A stretch of 64,000 bases of DNA, taken from positions 3,136,001 to 3,200,000 of the forward strand of contig CBDHHL010000032.1 in NCBI GenBank assembly GCA_965263355.1. The letters are read 5' to 3'. A model generated the notes under the pieces. It saw only the letters and a list, made by a program, of their open reading frames with translations. It made no database searches and was not told where the DNA came from. Below, in pieces: positions 10,036 through 20,831 of the stretch (the first letter of the stretch is position 1; every line of letters starts with the position of its first letter). The position numbers and the translations under genes were made by a program. This stretch comes from Leptolyngbyaceae cyanobacterium (GTDB lineage: Bacteria; Cyanobacteriota; Cyanobacteriia; Phormidesmidales; Phormidesmidaceae).

Positions 10036-11331
10036 GTGAAAATTGCCGCCTACCTCTACACTGACCCGCGCTTAGATCCACCAGTCGATGGCAGCCTGTG
10101 GGGCTGGGAAATTGATCGAGTCTACAAAGACACCCCCCTTACAGAGCACCGTCCTCAGCTACAGGAATTGCTCTCTCAGGTACAAACCCAAGCGCCTGAT
10201 TATCTATTGGTACGGCAGTTAGACGAACTGGGGGACTCTTTAGGGTCAGTAGCTCAAACTCTAGCTACCTTAGAAATAGCAGGAACGGTGGTGATCGCAA
10301 CAGAACAGGACTACCAAACTCCAACCAATGGAGAGGCTCATCCGCAACTACCCGTGATCCTGGCAGAGGTACAAGCCGCCCAGCGTCAACGTCGAATTCG
10401 TCAAGGGCATGCAGCCAACCGTCTGAAAGCACTCCCCCCACCGGGCAAGCCGCCCTATGGTTATCGCCGTGGTAAGCAGGGCTATGTGATTGATCGAACG
10501 ACAGCGCCCGTACTCAAGGCATTTTTCGAACAGTTTTTGTTGTACGGTTCCCTCAGAGGGGCTGTACGTTATATCGCCAAGCAATATGGCAAAAAGGTAT
10601 CTGTTTCCACTGGGCGACGCTGGCTAGAACATCCTATTTATAGGGGCCATACCCGCTATGGCGATGGTGGCATGATCCTAAACACCCATCGCCCCCTCTT
10701 AGAAGCAACCGAAGCCGCCCAGATTGATCGCTTGCTAAGCCGTAACAGCGTCTTACCTGCTAAGACTGCTAGTGCCCCCCGCTCTTTAGCTGGCTTAGTC
10801 ACCTGTCAACAGTGTCAGACCAAACTGACTGTCAGCCAGGTGAGTGCCCCCCGGCGAGCCAAGGACTATACGTATATGCGAGTTCACAGCTGCCCAGCAA
10901 AGTGTAAAGCCCTACCCTATCAGGCGTTGCTTACCCAAACTATTGAGGCTATCTGCACTGAACTGCCCCAGGCCGTAGAGCAGATAGCGTTGCCAGAGCA
11001 TAATCCTAAGGAGGCGCTAGTAGATGCGATCTCAGCCAAGCAAGCCATCTTGGATCAGCTCCCCCAACTGGTCACCACAGGCATATTGGACCAAGTCACA
11101 GCTGACCTACGGACCTATGGCATCCAAACTGAAATTGCTCAGCTTAACCAGCAACTCGCTCAGCTTCCCCCAGTCAATCTAAAAGAGCTGGCCCAGGCCG
11201 TCAGCATTCCTCAATTTTGGGAAGATTTGTCAGAACCAGAACGCCGTTTTTTCTTTAGGGAATTTATCCGCGATATCCAGGTTATTCGTAGCAACAACAG
11301 CTGGACCCTAAAATTAACATTTACGTTTTAA
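10036..11331 (+). CDS. Large serine recombinase-like family protein (catalytic motif degenerate)
   Basis: GKPPYGYR recombinase domain, L.HPIYRG, LAGLVTCQQC Zn ribbon, coiled coil; no Y.RVS motif. Confidence 0.85.
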   Translation: MKIAAYLYTDPRLDPPVDGSLWGWEIDRVYKDTPLTEHRPQLQELLSQVQTQAPDYLLVRQLDELGDSLGSVAQTLATLEIAGTVVIATEQDYQTPTNGEAHPQLPVILAEVQAAQRQRRIRQGHAANRLKALPPPGKPPYGYRRGKQGYVIDRTTAPVLKAFFEQFLLYGSLRGAVRYIAKQYGKKVSVSTGRRWLEHPIYRGHTRYGDGGMILNTHRPLLEATEAAQIDRLLSRNSVLPAKTASAPRSLAGLVTCQQCQTKLTVSQVSAPRRAKDYTYMRVHSCPAKCKALPYQALLTQTIEAICTELPQAVEQIALPEHNPKEALVDAISAKQAILDQLPQLVTTGILDQVTADLRTYGIQTEIAQLNQQLAQLPPVNLKELAQAVSIPQFWEDLSEPERRFFFREFIRDIQVIRSNNSWTLKLTFTF

Positions 11332-11731
11332 CAAACATCACTTTTCTACCCCAGACAGGGCTTTGACGTGAGCAGTCAGATAAATACTCAGAACACTCTG
11401 CCCAACACCCATGATCCATTGGCCACTGCATCCCATCATCTGAGACTTTTGTGTACAAGTATCTGCCCCATCAACAGCAATTTGGCCGTTTCTCATTAAG
11501 ACCCGTAGCCTTAACCCATCGAAGTTCTCCGTAGGATCAACTAGAGACATTCAACAACTTCCTCTCTTTTTACTAGGAATCACACAAAAGCCTCCTGAAA
11601 ATCCATGGGAGAAACAAACTCTTCAAAAAAATATGCGTATTAATCAGCATCTCAACAATCTTTTCAGGCATTAAAGTTAACTTACAAGGGTGAAAAACAC
11701 GGACACGCTTCAGCAATCAACAGAAATCAAA

Positions 11732-12700
11732 ATGAACCAGTCAAACATTCGCGCTGCCATTAGTCTCGCTGCTATGATTAGTGCCATAGGGACAGCCCCA
11801 AGTTATGCATTCACCCTAACTGGAACATCTGCGAGATTCGACAACACCCAGCTACAAGACGGCACTACTGTGGGTCGTGCCGCTAGCAACAGTGAGTTTG
11901 CCAACTACGAACAGGCTGCTTTTAACAATAATTCTGACAATTATGTCGAGTTTTTTGACTACAATGGAGTTAATCAGGTGCGCTGGGGCGATCCTACCTA
12001 TGACTACTACAGCTACTCCAAAACTCAAGAAGCTGGCCATAGAAAAATCTTAGATTACGGCTCCTATCGCACCAGCAGGGGCTACCAATACTATGGTTAC
12101 CATTATGATCGGACTGCTCAGAAAAGTGGCCTTGGCTTTGCTGGTGTCAGTAACCTTAGCATTGATACTAACGAAATTTTTAATCTTGGCACCCTAAAAC
12201 ATTACAACAACACCATTTGGTCAGATAACCGTATTGCCAACAAGACTGACTTCAGCCTGAAACTCAATTTTGGTGATATTGACATAGGAGAACAAACGTT
12301 TGACTTCTCTCTCAATGTTGACGAGACCAGCAACACCCCTAGTAATCACTCAGGGGGTATATGCCCCTATGAAACAACTGGCTATGGTTGCTCTGACAAA
12401 ATCACCTGGGATTTTGCCATTGACGCTAAAAATGCCTTTGAGCATGAGGGTGAGCGCTATACGCTTGAACTTGTGGGCTTTAATGAAACCCCCGTGTTTG
12501 ACACGAGTGCAGTCAAAGATTTTATCTCTCAAGAGAATGGCACTAGTCAGGCTCACTTATTGGCTCGCATTGTTAAGGTAGAGGATGAAACCGAAGATCC
12601 TACTCAGGTACCTGAATCTGGTGCCCTAGCAGGGCTGGGAACCCTGGGCCTACTCTTGAGCCAAGCCAAGCGTCAGCAAAAAGAAACTATCACTGCTTAA
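11732..12700 (+). CDS. Secreted PEP-CTERM-type protein (choice-of-anchor K-like domain)
   Basis: Signal peptide; VRWG, SGLGFAG, FNLGTLKHYN; C-terminal VPES + hydrophobic + basic tail. Confidence 0.8.
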   Translation: MNQSNIRAAISLAAMISAIGTAPSYAFTLTGTSARFDNTQLQDGTTVGRAASNSEFANYEQAAFNNNSDNYVEFFDYNGVNQVRWGDPTYDYYSYSKTQEAGHRKILDYGSYRTSRGYQYYGYHYDRTAQKSGLGFAGVSNLSIDTNEIFNLGTLKHYNNTIWSDNRIANKTDFSLKLNFGDIDIGEQTFDFSLNVDETSNTPSNHSGGICPYETTGYGCSDKITWDFAIDAKNAFEHEGERYTLELVGFNETPVFDTSAVKDFISQENGTSQAHLLARIVKVEDETEDPTQVPESGALAGLGTLGLLLSQAKRQQKETITA

Positions 12701-12790
12701 ACCTCTATTCAGCTTAAACCTCTATTCAGTAGATGAGCACAATTAATTTAAAGATCAAAGTTCTTGTGTAATTTATTGTGCTTATCTACT
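12695..12790. repeat. 17-bp tandem duplication followed by imperfect inverted repeat
   Basis: GCTTAAACCTCTATTCA x2 (12695-12728); AGTAGATGAGCACAATTAATT ... AATTTATTGTGCTTATCTACT (12728-12790). Confidence 0.7.
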
Positions 12791-12919
12791 TATATCCCAA
12801 GTCAACATTTGTCATTGCTCAAAAATCATCCAACCATTGTGATAGTGAACCAGATTAGAGCATAAATCTATCACCCACCCATTTCTCTGAAACAGATCAA
12901 ACCGCTTAGGACTTGAGAG

Positions 12920-13015
12920 ATAGTGATCCGTCAAGCCTAGATTTAGGATGAGGCTAGTAAAGAGTGACTCTTCATCGATACAGAATCCTAATTTTTAGCG
13001 TTGACACTGCACTAG
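12920..13015. mobile_element. MITE-like repeat (copy 2)
   Basis: Ends TAGTGATCCGTCAAGCCTA and TAGCGTTGACACTGCACTAG; internal GTAAAGAGTGACTCTTCATC identical to the 38.5-kb copy. Confidence 0.65.
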
Positions 13016-13097
13016 TTAATCTCTCAAGTCTTTAACTATTGATCATGATTGCCGCTACCATTTGGAGAATAAGACAACCGGCAAAAGACGAATAACC

Positions 13098-14198
13098 ATG
13101 GCAACTGTGCGGTTTGAGCAAGTTACAAAGCAGTATGAAAATGGCTATGTTGCAGTGAAGGACTTAAATCTAGAAATCTATGATCGCGAATTCCTCGTTC
13201 TAGTCGGTCCCTCAGGCTGTGGCAAAACCACCTCCCTACGAATGCTGGCTGGGTTAGAACGTATCAGTAATGGCAACCTATACATTGACGAACGCCGGGT
13301 CAATGACTTACCGCCTAAGGATCGTGACATCGCTATGGTGTTCCAGTCCTATGCCTTATATCCCCACATGAGCGTTTTTGACAATATGGCATTTAGCCTT
13401 GAACTACAAGGAGTCTCTAAGGCCGATATTCAACAGCGAGTCCAGCAGGCGGCCCAGCAACTTGGTATTGCCCCCCTACTGGATCGTAAACCCAAACAAC
13501 TCTCCGGCGGGCAGCGTCAGCGTGTGGCCGTGGGACGCGCCATTGTGCGTAACCCTGCCGTATTTTTAATGGACGAACCCCTGTCAAACTTGGATGCAAA
13601 GTTACGGGTACAAGCCAGAACTGAATTAAATAAACTCCATAAACGATTGGGTACCACATTTATTTATGTCACCCATGACCAAGTAGAAGCCATGACCATG
13701 GGAAATCGTATTGCTATTATGAACCAGGGTATTTTGCAACAGGTTGATACCCCTCAAACAATTTATGAAAAGCCAAGCAACATTTTTGTAGCAGGCTTTT
13801 TAGGCAGTCCATCTATGAATTTTTTAAGTGCTACGATAAGACGCCATCACAACCAACTGTTAGCAAAAACCGACAGCTTTAGCCTACCAATCTCTGGCCA
13901 GAGCAACCGGGTTAGCAGCTATATTGACCGAGTGGTCATCCTAGGGATTCGGCCCGAAAGCCTTTATCACCCTCACTATCTACCTCCTGGTATTAGTCCC
14001 ATAGATATTCAGGCTAAAGTCTCTGTGGTGGAACGCATGGGCCACGAACTGATTGTATATGTAGTATTAACAGATGGGAGCGAGCTATTGTCCCGTCTTG
14101 ATCCCAGGGCCATCCTCGTACCCGGAGAACCCATTACCCTACAGTTAGATAGTCAGCATATTCATTTATTTGACGCTGAAACAGAGCAAACAATTTAG
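13098..14198 (+). CDS. Carbohydrate ABC transporter ATP-binding protein (MalK/UgpC family)
   Basis: GPSGCGKT, LSGGQRQR, LMDEPLSNLD, C-terminal TOBE-like domain. Confidence 0.95.
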   Translation: MATVRFEQVTKQYENGYVAVKDLNLEIYDREFLVLVGPSGCGKTTSLRMLAGLERISNGNLYIDERRVNDLPPKDRDIAMVFQSYALYPHMSVFDNMAFSLELQGVSKADIQQRVQQAAQQLGIAPLLDRKPKQLSGGQRQRVAVGRAIVRNPAVFLMDEPLSNLDAKLRVQARTELNKLHKRLGTTFIYVTHDQVEAMTMGNRIAIMNQGILQQVDTPQTIYEKPSNIFVAGFLGSPSMNFLSATIRRHHNQLLAKTDSFSLPISGQSNRVSSYIDRVVILGIRPESLYHPHYLPPGISPIDIQAKVSVVERMGHELIVYVVLTDGSELLSRLDPRAILVPGEPITLQLDSQHIHLFDAETEQTI

Positions 14199-14456
14199 CT
14201 AACCTGTAACTAATGGTAACCAGAATTTTTGACAACCGTAATTTATTGCGACTTTCGAGTATCGATTAGTAAGCAAATTGTGTACTTTATTGCAACTTTT
14301 TTTGCGTGAGAACACTAGGATATAAAGTTATGAACTACTCAGTTAAGTAATTTGACCGATTATAATAAAGAGTCCATTAACTTAAGTGGCCAATTTAGTT
14401 CTAAGATGTGAATATTAAGCAAGGTTAATATCCGTGTAATCAGCCGCCATCTACCC

Positions 14457-15473
14457 ATGTCCCCTGACGGTCTTTCGATTGGCTATTCTCAAGCGCCCCT
14501 AACTGCAAGGCAAGATGCTATCAAGCAAGCGATTGAGAATTTGATGCAGCACTCCCAGCATCTACGAATTAAGAAGCTTTTGTTTAGCGTTTGTTACGGG
14601 ACGTGGGAAAACGAAGTTGCTGCATTGAACAGTATCTCAATGCGGTCCTTAATAACTATTCTCTTAGGGCGCTATTCTACGCTTCATCAGTGTCGCGATA
14701 GTCTTTACCTTAAAGCAAATAGCCTTAACCGGAAGAAGGTATATGTCGCGATCGCAAACGTGATTTTATATTACTTGCAAAGCGTTTTTCTCCCACAAGC
14801 TAAACTCTCACCCTCTACCGACCAACAGGCAGCTAACCTATCGGCATCGGTGCAGTCACGGTCAAAGGCAGAACTGTATCAGCCAGTTATTAACGAACTG
14901 TCTAAATTAGACAATTTAGAGGTTATCAAAGCCTTTCTAGGATACTTGGGTCACGCTCCTGGCAAAATTGCTGATACTGCCAGCACCGATTTGCTTAGCC
15001 TGGTGCAGCTGGCTCATCGGCAAGCTCCCACTCCCCTTGAGCTGAAGCAAAATTTGCGGAGTATACTCAAGCATCAATCTTCGCTAGCTAACTCACAAAC
15101 CATAGCACGTCAAATTTTAAGGGCCTTTCGGTCTCTTTATGTCACCCGCTCTAAGCCAGTGGCCACTACTCCTGACAGTCTGACTCTTTTGGAGCAGGAG
15201 CTGACTCAAAAATGTGACGTGGATCAAGTTAGGGTGCTGCTATATTCCATTCTTTATGGTCCCTATGCCGATAGCCCCCTACAGCGGCAAATCCTGCAGA
15301 CCAAGACACTCCGCGACCTACTGCAGGAGACCTTTGACTACTGCACCAGCTACGGTGATTTTGAAAGCAAGTTAACCATTCTGGCCCATTGCTTGGAAAA
15401 CTCAGATGGTCTTAATCGTGCCCTTAAAGTCATGCTAGTGTCACTCTACCGTTACTATGCCAGGGATAAGTAG
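14457..15473 (+). CDS. Hypothetical helical protein with internal repeats
   Basis: 338-aa ORF; RIKKLLFSVCYG and VRVLLYSILYG repeat units. Confidence 0.75.
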   Translation: MSPDGLSIGYSQAPLTARQDAIKQAIENLMQHSQHLRIKKLLFSVCYGTWENEVAALNSISMRSLITILLGRYSTLHQCRDSLYLKANSLNRKKVYVAIANVILYYLQSVFLPQAKLSPSTDQQAANLSASVQSRSKAELYQPVINELSKLDNLEVIKAFLGYLGHAPGKIADTASTDLLSLVQLAHRQAPTPLELKQNLRSILKHQSSLANSQTIARQILRAFRSLYVTRSKPVATTPDSLTLLEQELTQKCDVDQVRVLLYSILYGPYADSPLQRQILQTKTLRDLLQETFDYCTSYGDFESKLTILAHCLENSDGLNRALKVMLVSLYRYYARDK

Positions 15474-15497
15474 CTCTCTGGCTAAGCTCAGTTAGTC

Positions 15498-17510
15498 TCA
15501 GTCAGCAGCGGCGCGTTTGCCTAGTAGTTTTTCGCGTAGGTGCTTGATGCGATCGCGAAACTTAGCTGCCTCCTCAAAGTCCAGCTCCTTCGCCGCTGCT
15601 TTCATTTGCTTTTCTAGTTGACCAATCAGCTCAGGAATATCCTCAAGGGCTAAATCGTCACTATGCTCATAAACTTCTTCTAATTCCTGGGCATTGAGGC
15701 GACGCGATACCTCCAAAAACGAGAGAATAGCGTTACTCTTACGGCGCGTAATCGGTGTGGGAATAATCCCATGTTTCTCGTTATGCGCTTTTTGAATAGC
15801 CCGTCTGCGTTCAGTTTCATCAATCGCCTTGGCCATACTATCGGTCAAGTTATCAGCATAGAGAATCGCCTGACCTTGCACATGGCGAGCAGCACGACCA
15901 ATGGTCTGAATTAGAGAACGCTCAGCCCTTAGGAAACCTTCCTTATCCGCATCTAAAATCGCGACTAGGGACACTTCAGGTAAGTCCAAACCTTCCCTCA
16001 GTAAGTTCACACCTACCAAAACATCAAAATTACCATTGCGTAAATCTTGAATAATCTCAATCCGCTCAATGGAGTGAATCTCAGAATGTAAGTAACGGAC
16101 TCTCACCCCATGTTCTTCAAAGTACTCAGTGAGATCTTCTGCCATCCGTTTTGTTAGCGTTGTTACTAAGGTTCGCTCATTACGCTCCACACGCTTATTA
16201 ATCTCACCCAGAAGATCGTCTACCTGCCCTGTAGTAGGCCGGACGAAAATCTCGGGATCTAATACCCCAGTTGGACGAATGATCTGCTCAACCACCCGTT
16301 GTTCAGAGATTTCCAACTCCCATTCCCCTGGTGTAGCTGACACAAAAATGCAGTTTTTCACCTTTTGCCAAAACTCTTCTGCCTTGAGGGGACGATTGTC
16401 AGCGGCACTAGGCAAACGAAACCCATGGTCGATTAAAACTCTCTTGCGGGCCTGATCCCCGTTATACATTCCCCGTAGCTGAGGAATTGTGACATGGGAC
16501 TCATCAATCACCAGTAACCAATCCTCAGGAAAATAATCCAACAGGCATTCAGGGGGAGCACCAGCCTGACGTCCGGCCAAATGGCGGGAATAGTTTTCAA
16601 CGCCATTGCAATAGCCCACTTCCCGTAGCATTTCCAGATCATATTTAGTGCGCTGTTCCAGGCGCTGGGCCTCTAATAATTTACCGTCCTTTTCCAGCAG
16701 CTCTAACTGATCCCGCAGTTCTGTTTGAATGCCATTGCAGGCCGCTTCTAGCTTATCGTCAGGGGTGACAAAGTGACGCGCAGGGTAAATATTGAGCGCG
16801 TCCATACTTTGCAGGGTTGCCCCCGTGACCGGATCCACATAGCGAATGGCATCGATCTCATCTCCAAAAAACTCCACCCGGATGATGCGATCCTCGTAGG
16901 CGGGACCAATCTCCAAAACATCCCCTTTGACTCGAAATCGTCCTCGCCCCAAATCCAGGTCGTTACGCGTATATTGCACAGACGCTAAATCTCGCAGCAC
17001 CTGCCGCTGATTCAGTTCCATCCCTACCCGCAGTGGAATCGATGCTTTGAGATATTCTGTCGGAATACCCAAACCATAAATACAGCTAATGGAAGCGACT
17101 ACAATGACATCTCGCCGTTCAAACAGGGATCGGGTAGCTGAGTGGCGCAGCATGTCGATTTCTTCATTAATCGAGGCCGTCTTCGCAATGTAGGTATCGG
17201 TAACTGGAATATACGCTTCTGGCTGATAGTAATCGTAATAACTGATGAAATATTCGACGGCGTTATTCGGGAAAAACTCCCGCAACTCATTGCATAGCTG
17301 AGCCGCCAGGGTTTTATTGTGAGCCAGTACCAGGGTGGGCCGCTCAACTTTATCAATCACCCGTGCCACCGTATGGGTTTTACCGGTTCCTGTGGCTCCT
17401 AATAGCGTTTGGTATTGCCCTCCAGCCTCTAAGTGGCGAAGTAAACCAGCAATCGCTTTGGGTTGATCACCCTTGGGCTCAAAGGGGGCTTGAATATCAA
17501 AGTCGGTCAT
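15498..17510 (-). CDS. uvrB: Excinuclease ABC subunit B
   Basis: [18 protein letters not shown] beta-hairpin, [13 protein letters not shown]-terminal UVR domain. Confidence 0.98.
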   Translation of the reverse strand: MTDFDIQAPFEPKGDQPKAIAGLLRHLEAGGQYQTLLGATGTGKTHTVARVIDKVERPTLVLAHNKTLAAQLCNELREFFPNNAVEYFISYYDYYQPEAYIPVTDTYIAKTASINEEIDMLRHSATRSLFERRDVIVVASISCIYGLGIPTEYLKASIPLRVGMELNQRQVLRDLASVQYTRNDLDLGRGRFRVKGDVLEIGPAYEDRIIRVEFFGDEIDAIRYVDPVTGATLQSMDALNIYPARHFVTPDDKLEAACNGIQTELRDQLELLEKDGKLLEAQRLEQRTKYDLEMLREVGYCNGVENYSRHLAGRQAGAPPECLLDYFPEDWLLVIDESHVTIPQLRGMYNGDQARKRVLIDHGFRLPSAADNRPLKAEEFWQKVKNCIFVSATPGEWELEISEQRVVEQIIRPTGVLDPEIFVRPTTGQVDDLLGEINKRVERNERTLVTTLTKRMAEDLTEYFEEHGVRVRYLHSEIHSIERIEIIQDLRNGNFDVLVGVNLLREGLDLPEVSLVAILDADKEGFLRAERSLIQTIGRAARHVQGQAILYADNLTDSMAKAIDETERRRAIQKAHNEKHGIIPTPITRRKSNAILSFLEVSRRLNAQELEEVYEHSDDLALEDIPELIGQLEKQMKAAAKELDFEEAAKFRDRIKHLREKLLGKRAAAD

Positions 17511-17772
17511 GGGTGGCAGCAGCTAGCAGGGGCATACTTGACGTAGGACAGTCGCACTCGTGCGGACCTTTACGATCTTAGAAGTAATGTCTAAAATTCG
17601 CACGGCTGTTTCTTATGGGGGGATAGTCTCAAAGAGCTACACCATGACACTTCGACAGGTGGAAGCCATGGGTAATCGCTATCTGTCAAAATCGCTACCC
17701 TTTAGAGAGTAGGGAAACGACTGCCGTTGTTCCAGACATATCAACTTGATGGCTCATCATAAAGGGGAATCT

Positions 17773-19398
17773 ATGAAAATCTGGCCTTGGGGATTTATCG
17801 GACTGACGCTTACAATCTTTGCCTGTGGCTCTAGCCAACCAGCTAGCCCAAATACCACACCCACCAACAAAGAGCTGGTCAACGCCTCAGCACAACTAAC
17901 AGAAGCAACGCCCCCCTCTGCCTCCTCTGCCTGTGCCCCCATGGCCACTCAAGTCCCCCTACAGCCAGCGAATGATACAGAACTGCCCTTTGAACGTTTG
18001 AATTTTCGGCCCACTGACGTAGACGCTACGGATACCACCCTCACGTTTAGGAGCAAACGGTATGAATTTACCTTTTGTAAGGGCGATCGCACCTGGGGCA
18101 TAAACTCGTTAGAAGCCTCCCCACCAGAGGAAGAAGACTACGCAGAATACTTTGACTCGCTGGGTAATCCAGACTACGAGGCCATTCCCCATGAAGGCCA
18201 GACCTATCAGGCCAGAGTTCGGCTTGAGGCATCCTGGCTAGGCGGCGAACAAGCGCCTAATGATCTTGAGCGAGTGATTTTTGAACTGCTCAAACCTGGC
18301 GATAGCGAGCCTCTCTCAAAGGTGCTTTATACCAATAAAGACATTATCGAGCGTAACCTGGGTGCATCTGCAGGCATCCCAACCGTCACCCAGGCGCTTG
18401 CCGCTGACAATACGCTATGGCTATCCATTGGCTTTGAGCAAGGTGAGGGCGCTAGTGGTATTACTACCATTGTCCAGTATCAAATTGACACGGACGAGAT
18501 CGCCGTCTGGCAACCGACCCAACTGGGCAATACCCAAATTAACGATCTGGCCGTAACCGCAACAGACGAAGGGACCACAGTCTGGCTCGGCACCCAATAT
18601 TCGGGGGAAGGGAATCCCTATCTTCCCGCCCAAGGATTAGTAGCCTACCGTCCAACAGACAATCACATCGAGAACTACACCGTTGAGAATAGTCCGCTTA
18701 TCGGGGCAATTCCAACGCGACTGTGGGTTGACGGCGAGAACCTATGGGCCGCAACAGCCAACGGCGTCTGTGAAGTGAACTGGGCCAATATAAATGTGAA
18801 CGATAGTTGGGCATGCTGGCAATTTACAATCATGGCCGATATACCGACCAACCAAAACTTATATCCCAGTCTGCTGTCTGACACCCCAATTGAGCAGCTA
18901 AATAGTTCCGAAACAATGGAATTGCTATGGTTAGCAGATACCGACATTAGTACACCAGGATCGACAGTCAGATACGAAATTAACTATCAAACGGGTCTTA
19001 CCGCTCAACTTAATCAAGGAGCCGACTATTACATTGGTCCCGAGGAAAACCCAGACGATGGCTATTTTTGGTGGCCCGGTCAAGACTGGAGCTGGAATGG
19101 TGAACGATTTGTCCGCCCTTTGGACCAGGTGGCCGTCAATTACGTGGGTGGTGGTCCTCAAGGCATTGGTCCCGATCACTATGCAAATTATGTAGCTGAC
19201 TGGCAAACAATGCGCGGTGAGTTTGAGTTGTTATCCCTCACCCCTGACACCACAGAGATTAAATACTACTCTGCCTGGATCGATGGGGCAGGCATTGACC
19301 CTTGGGTCACCCTTACTAAAGCCACAAATGCCTCCCTTGATGCAGTCAACCCGACTGATGACATGCTGACACACTTAAAACAAGCCGCAAAGAACTAA
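17773..19398 (+). CDS. Hypothetical acidic lipoprotein
   Basis: IFAC lipobox-like signal; beta-propeller-like segments; no family recognised. Confidence 0.75.
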   Translation: MKIWPWGFIGLTLTIFACGSSQPASPNTTPTNKELVNASAQLTEATPPSASSACAPMATQVPLQPANDTELPFERLNFRPTDVDATDTTLTFRSKRYEFTFCKGDRTWGINSLEASPPEEEDYAEYFDSLGNPDYEAIPHEGQTYQARVRLEASWLGGEQAPNDLERVIFELLKPGDSEPLSKVLYTNKDIIERNLGASAGIPTVTQALAADNTLWLSIGFEQGEGASGITTIVQYQIDTDEIAVWQPTQLGNTQINDLAVTATDEGTTVWLGTQYSGEGNPYLPAQGLVAYRPTDNHIENYTVENSPLIGAIPTRLWVDGENLWAATANGVCEVNWANINVNDSWACWQFTIMADIPTNQNLYPSLLSDTPIEQLNSSETMELLWLADTDISTPGSTVRYEINYQTGLTAQLNQGADYYIGPEENPDDGYFWWPGQDWSWNGERFVRPLDQVAVNYVGGGPQGIGPDHYANYVADWQTMRGEFELLSLTPDTTEIKYYSAWIDGAGIDPWVTLTKATNASLDAVNPTDDMLTHLKQAAKN

Positions 19399-19839
19399 GG
19401 ACATTGTCAGGCAAGCACCTACCTGTTGTTACCCAGGCCTTCTATTTAGCAAGTATATCTGTTGAGCGTTGCTTAAAACTCATCATTGCCATGTGATATT
19501 TGCATCGACACAGAAATCTCGGAGACACCTATGTTTTATCATTAGCAACAACATCCAACAGATGCTTCTACCATGTCAGGACTGTTGTCTTGGCATGCTC
19601 CATTAGCTTACTCTAATGCCAAGGCAGTTTAATCACCTTTGGGAGTAAATTATATTTTTTTCTCTCACAGGATCTGTGGCCAGCTTTTGCACACACAAAA
19701 CAGTTTCAGCAACACTTCACAGACGTATGCCATGTCATTAGACAAACAAAACGAACAAATATCAGAAGTTCTGAAATCTGTTAGGCTCAGAGCCTGCATC
19801 AACTCGTTTATGAGGCTCAAACCCATGCCAGGTTGAAAA

Positions 19840-19873
19840 ACCCTGGACAGGAAGCTACCTTACCAGGGCAAAA
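19840..19873 (-). terminator. Probable intrinsic terminator hairpin
   Basis: CCCTGG...CCAGGG flanked by A-runs, just after the stop of the minus-strand gene. Confidence 0.45.
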
Positions 19874-19879
19874 TGTACG

Positions 19880-20704
19880 CTAAGAAAGCTCAGAAAATAG
19901 CTGGGACCAAGCGATCTCAGCTGGTCGCTCCCCCTGATTAATAATTTCAAAGGTTTTATGCTCAGTGGCGCTATCCGCTAAACATTCCACACAGGCAGCG
20001 GCAACATCTTTACGGCTAGTCTGTCCTAATAATTGATCGCCACACCCCAGAACCACGCCCTGTTTACCCTCCGTTGATGCTTTGATCAAGGTATTGAGAT
20101 CGTAGGAGGTGTAGGGACCATCGATCAAACGGCCTGGACGGACGATGGTGTAGTTCAAGCCTGACCCATGCAACGCATTTTCAGCGGTTGCTTTAGCATC
20201 CAATACACCATAGGCATTCAGCAAGTTAAAGGGAAATTGATCTTTGCGTTCCACGCCAAGGGAAGACACCAACACAAAGCGTCGTATTGAGGTATTACGA
20301 GCAACATTAATGAGATTGTTTACCCCCTGCCCATCGGCCATGGCTGGAGAGTTTTTTGCAGTTTGCTGACGATAGTCGGCATCTAAGAAAATCCGTCCCC
20401 AGGTAAATACCTGATCTAACGGCTGGGCAGGTAAGTCCACCTGCCATTTATCCGATGGAAACGCGGTGGTACCACTACAGCAGAGTATGGCATCTACACC
20501 GTCAAGGACTGTTGTCAAGGTATCTGGTAACCTCAAATCCGCCTCTTGTAGCTCCACTCGAGGATCATCAAATAATGGCTGCGCTTTGGTGACGTTACGC
20601 GTTAATGCTCGCACGCTATAGCCCTGCTTCAGAGCATAAGCTACGGCTAGCTGCCCCACCCCCCCGGTGGCACCAGTGATTAAAACCCGCTGAATAGTAG
20701 ACAC
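19880..20704 (-). CDS. NAD(P)-binding SDR-like oxidoreductase
   Basis: LITGATGGVG, VLVSSLG, IVRPGRL, SRKDVA. Confidence 0.9.
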   Translation of the reverse strand: MSTIQRVLITGATGGVGQLAVAYALKQGYSVRALTRNVTKAQPLFDDPRVELQEADLRLPDTLTTVLDGVDAILCCSGTTAFPSDKWQVDLPAQPLDQVFTWGRIFLDADYRQQTAKNSPAMADGQGVNNLINVARNTSIRRFVLVSSLGVERKDQFPFNLLNAYGVLDAKATAENALHGSGLNYTIVRPGRLIDGPYTSYDLNTLIKASTEGKQGVVLGCGDQLLGQTSRKDVAAACVECLADSATEHKTFEIINQGERPAEIAWSQLFSELS

Positions 20705-20831
20705 TGAGATCGCATTACCTCTTTATCCCTCAGTTAACCTTAAACCAAACCCACCGCTCCAGCATTCCCATTGAGGTGGCTAGCCCCCAGATAGCCGATT
20801 AAAATTAAAGACCATTGCCATTGCCTAAACC

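Noticed and set aside
10036..11331. Prophage or excision element integrase
   Set aside because: Catalytic motif absent; no phage genes, interrupted gene or att repeats seen
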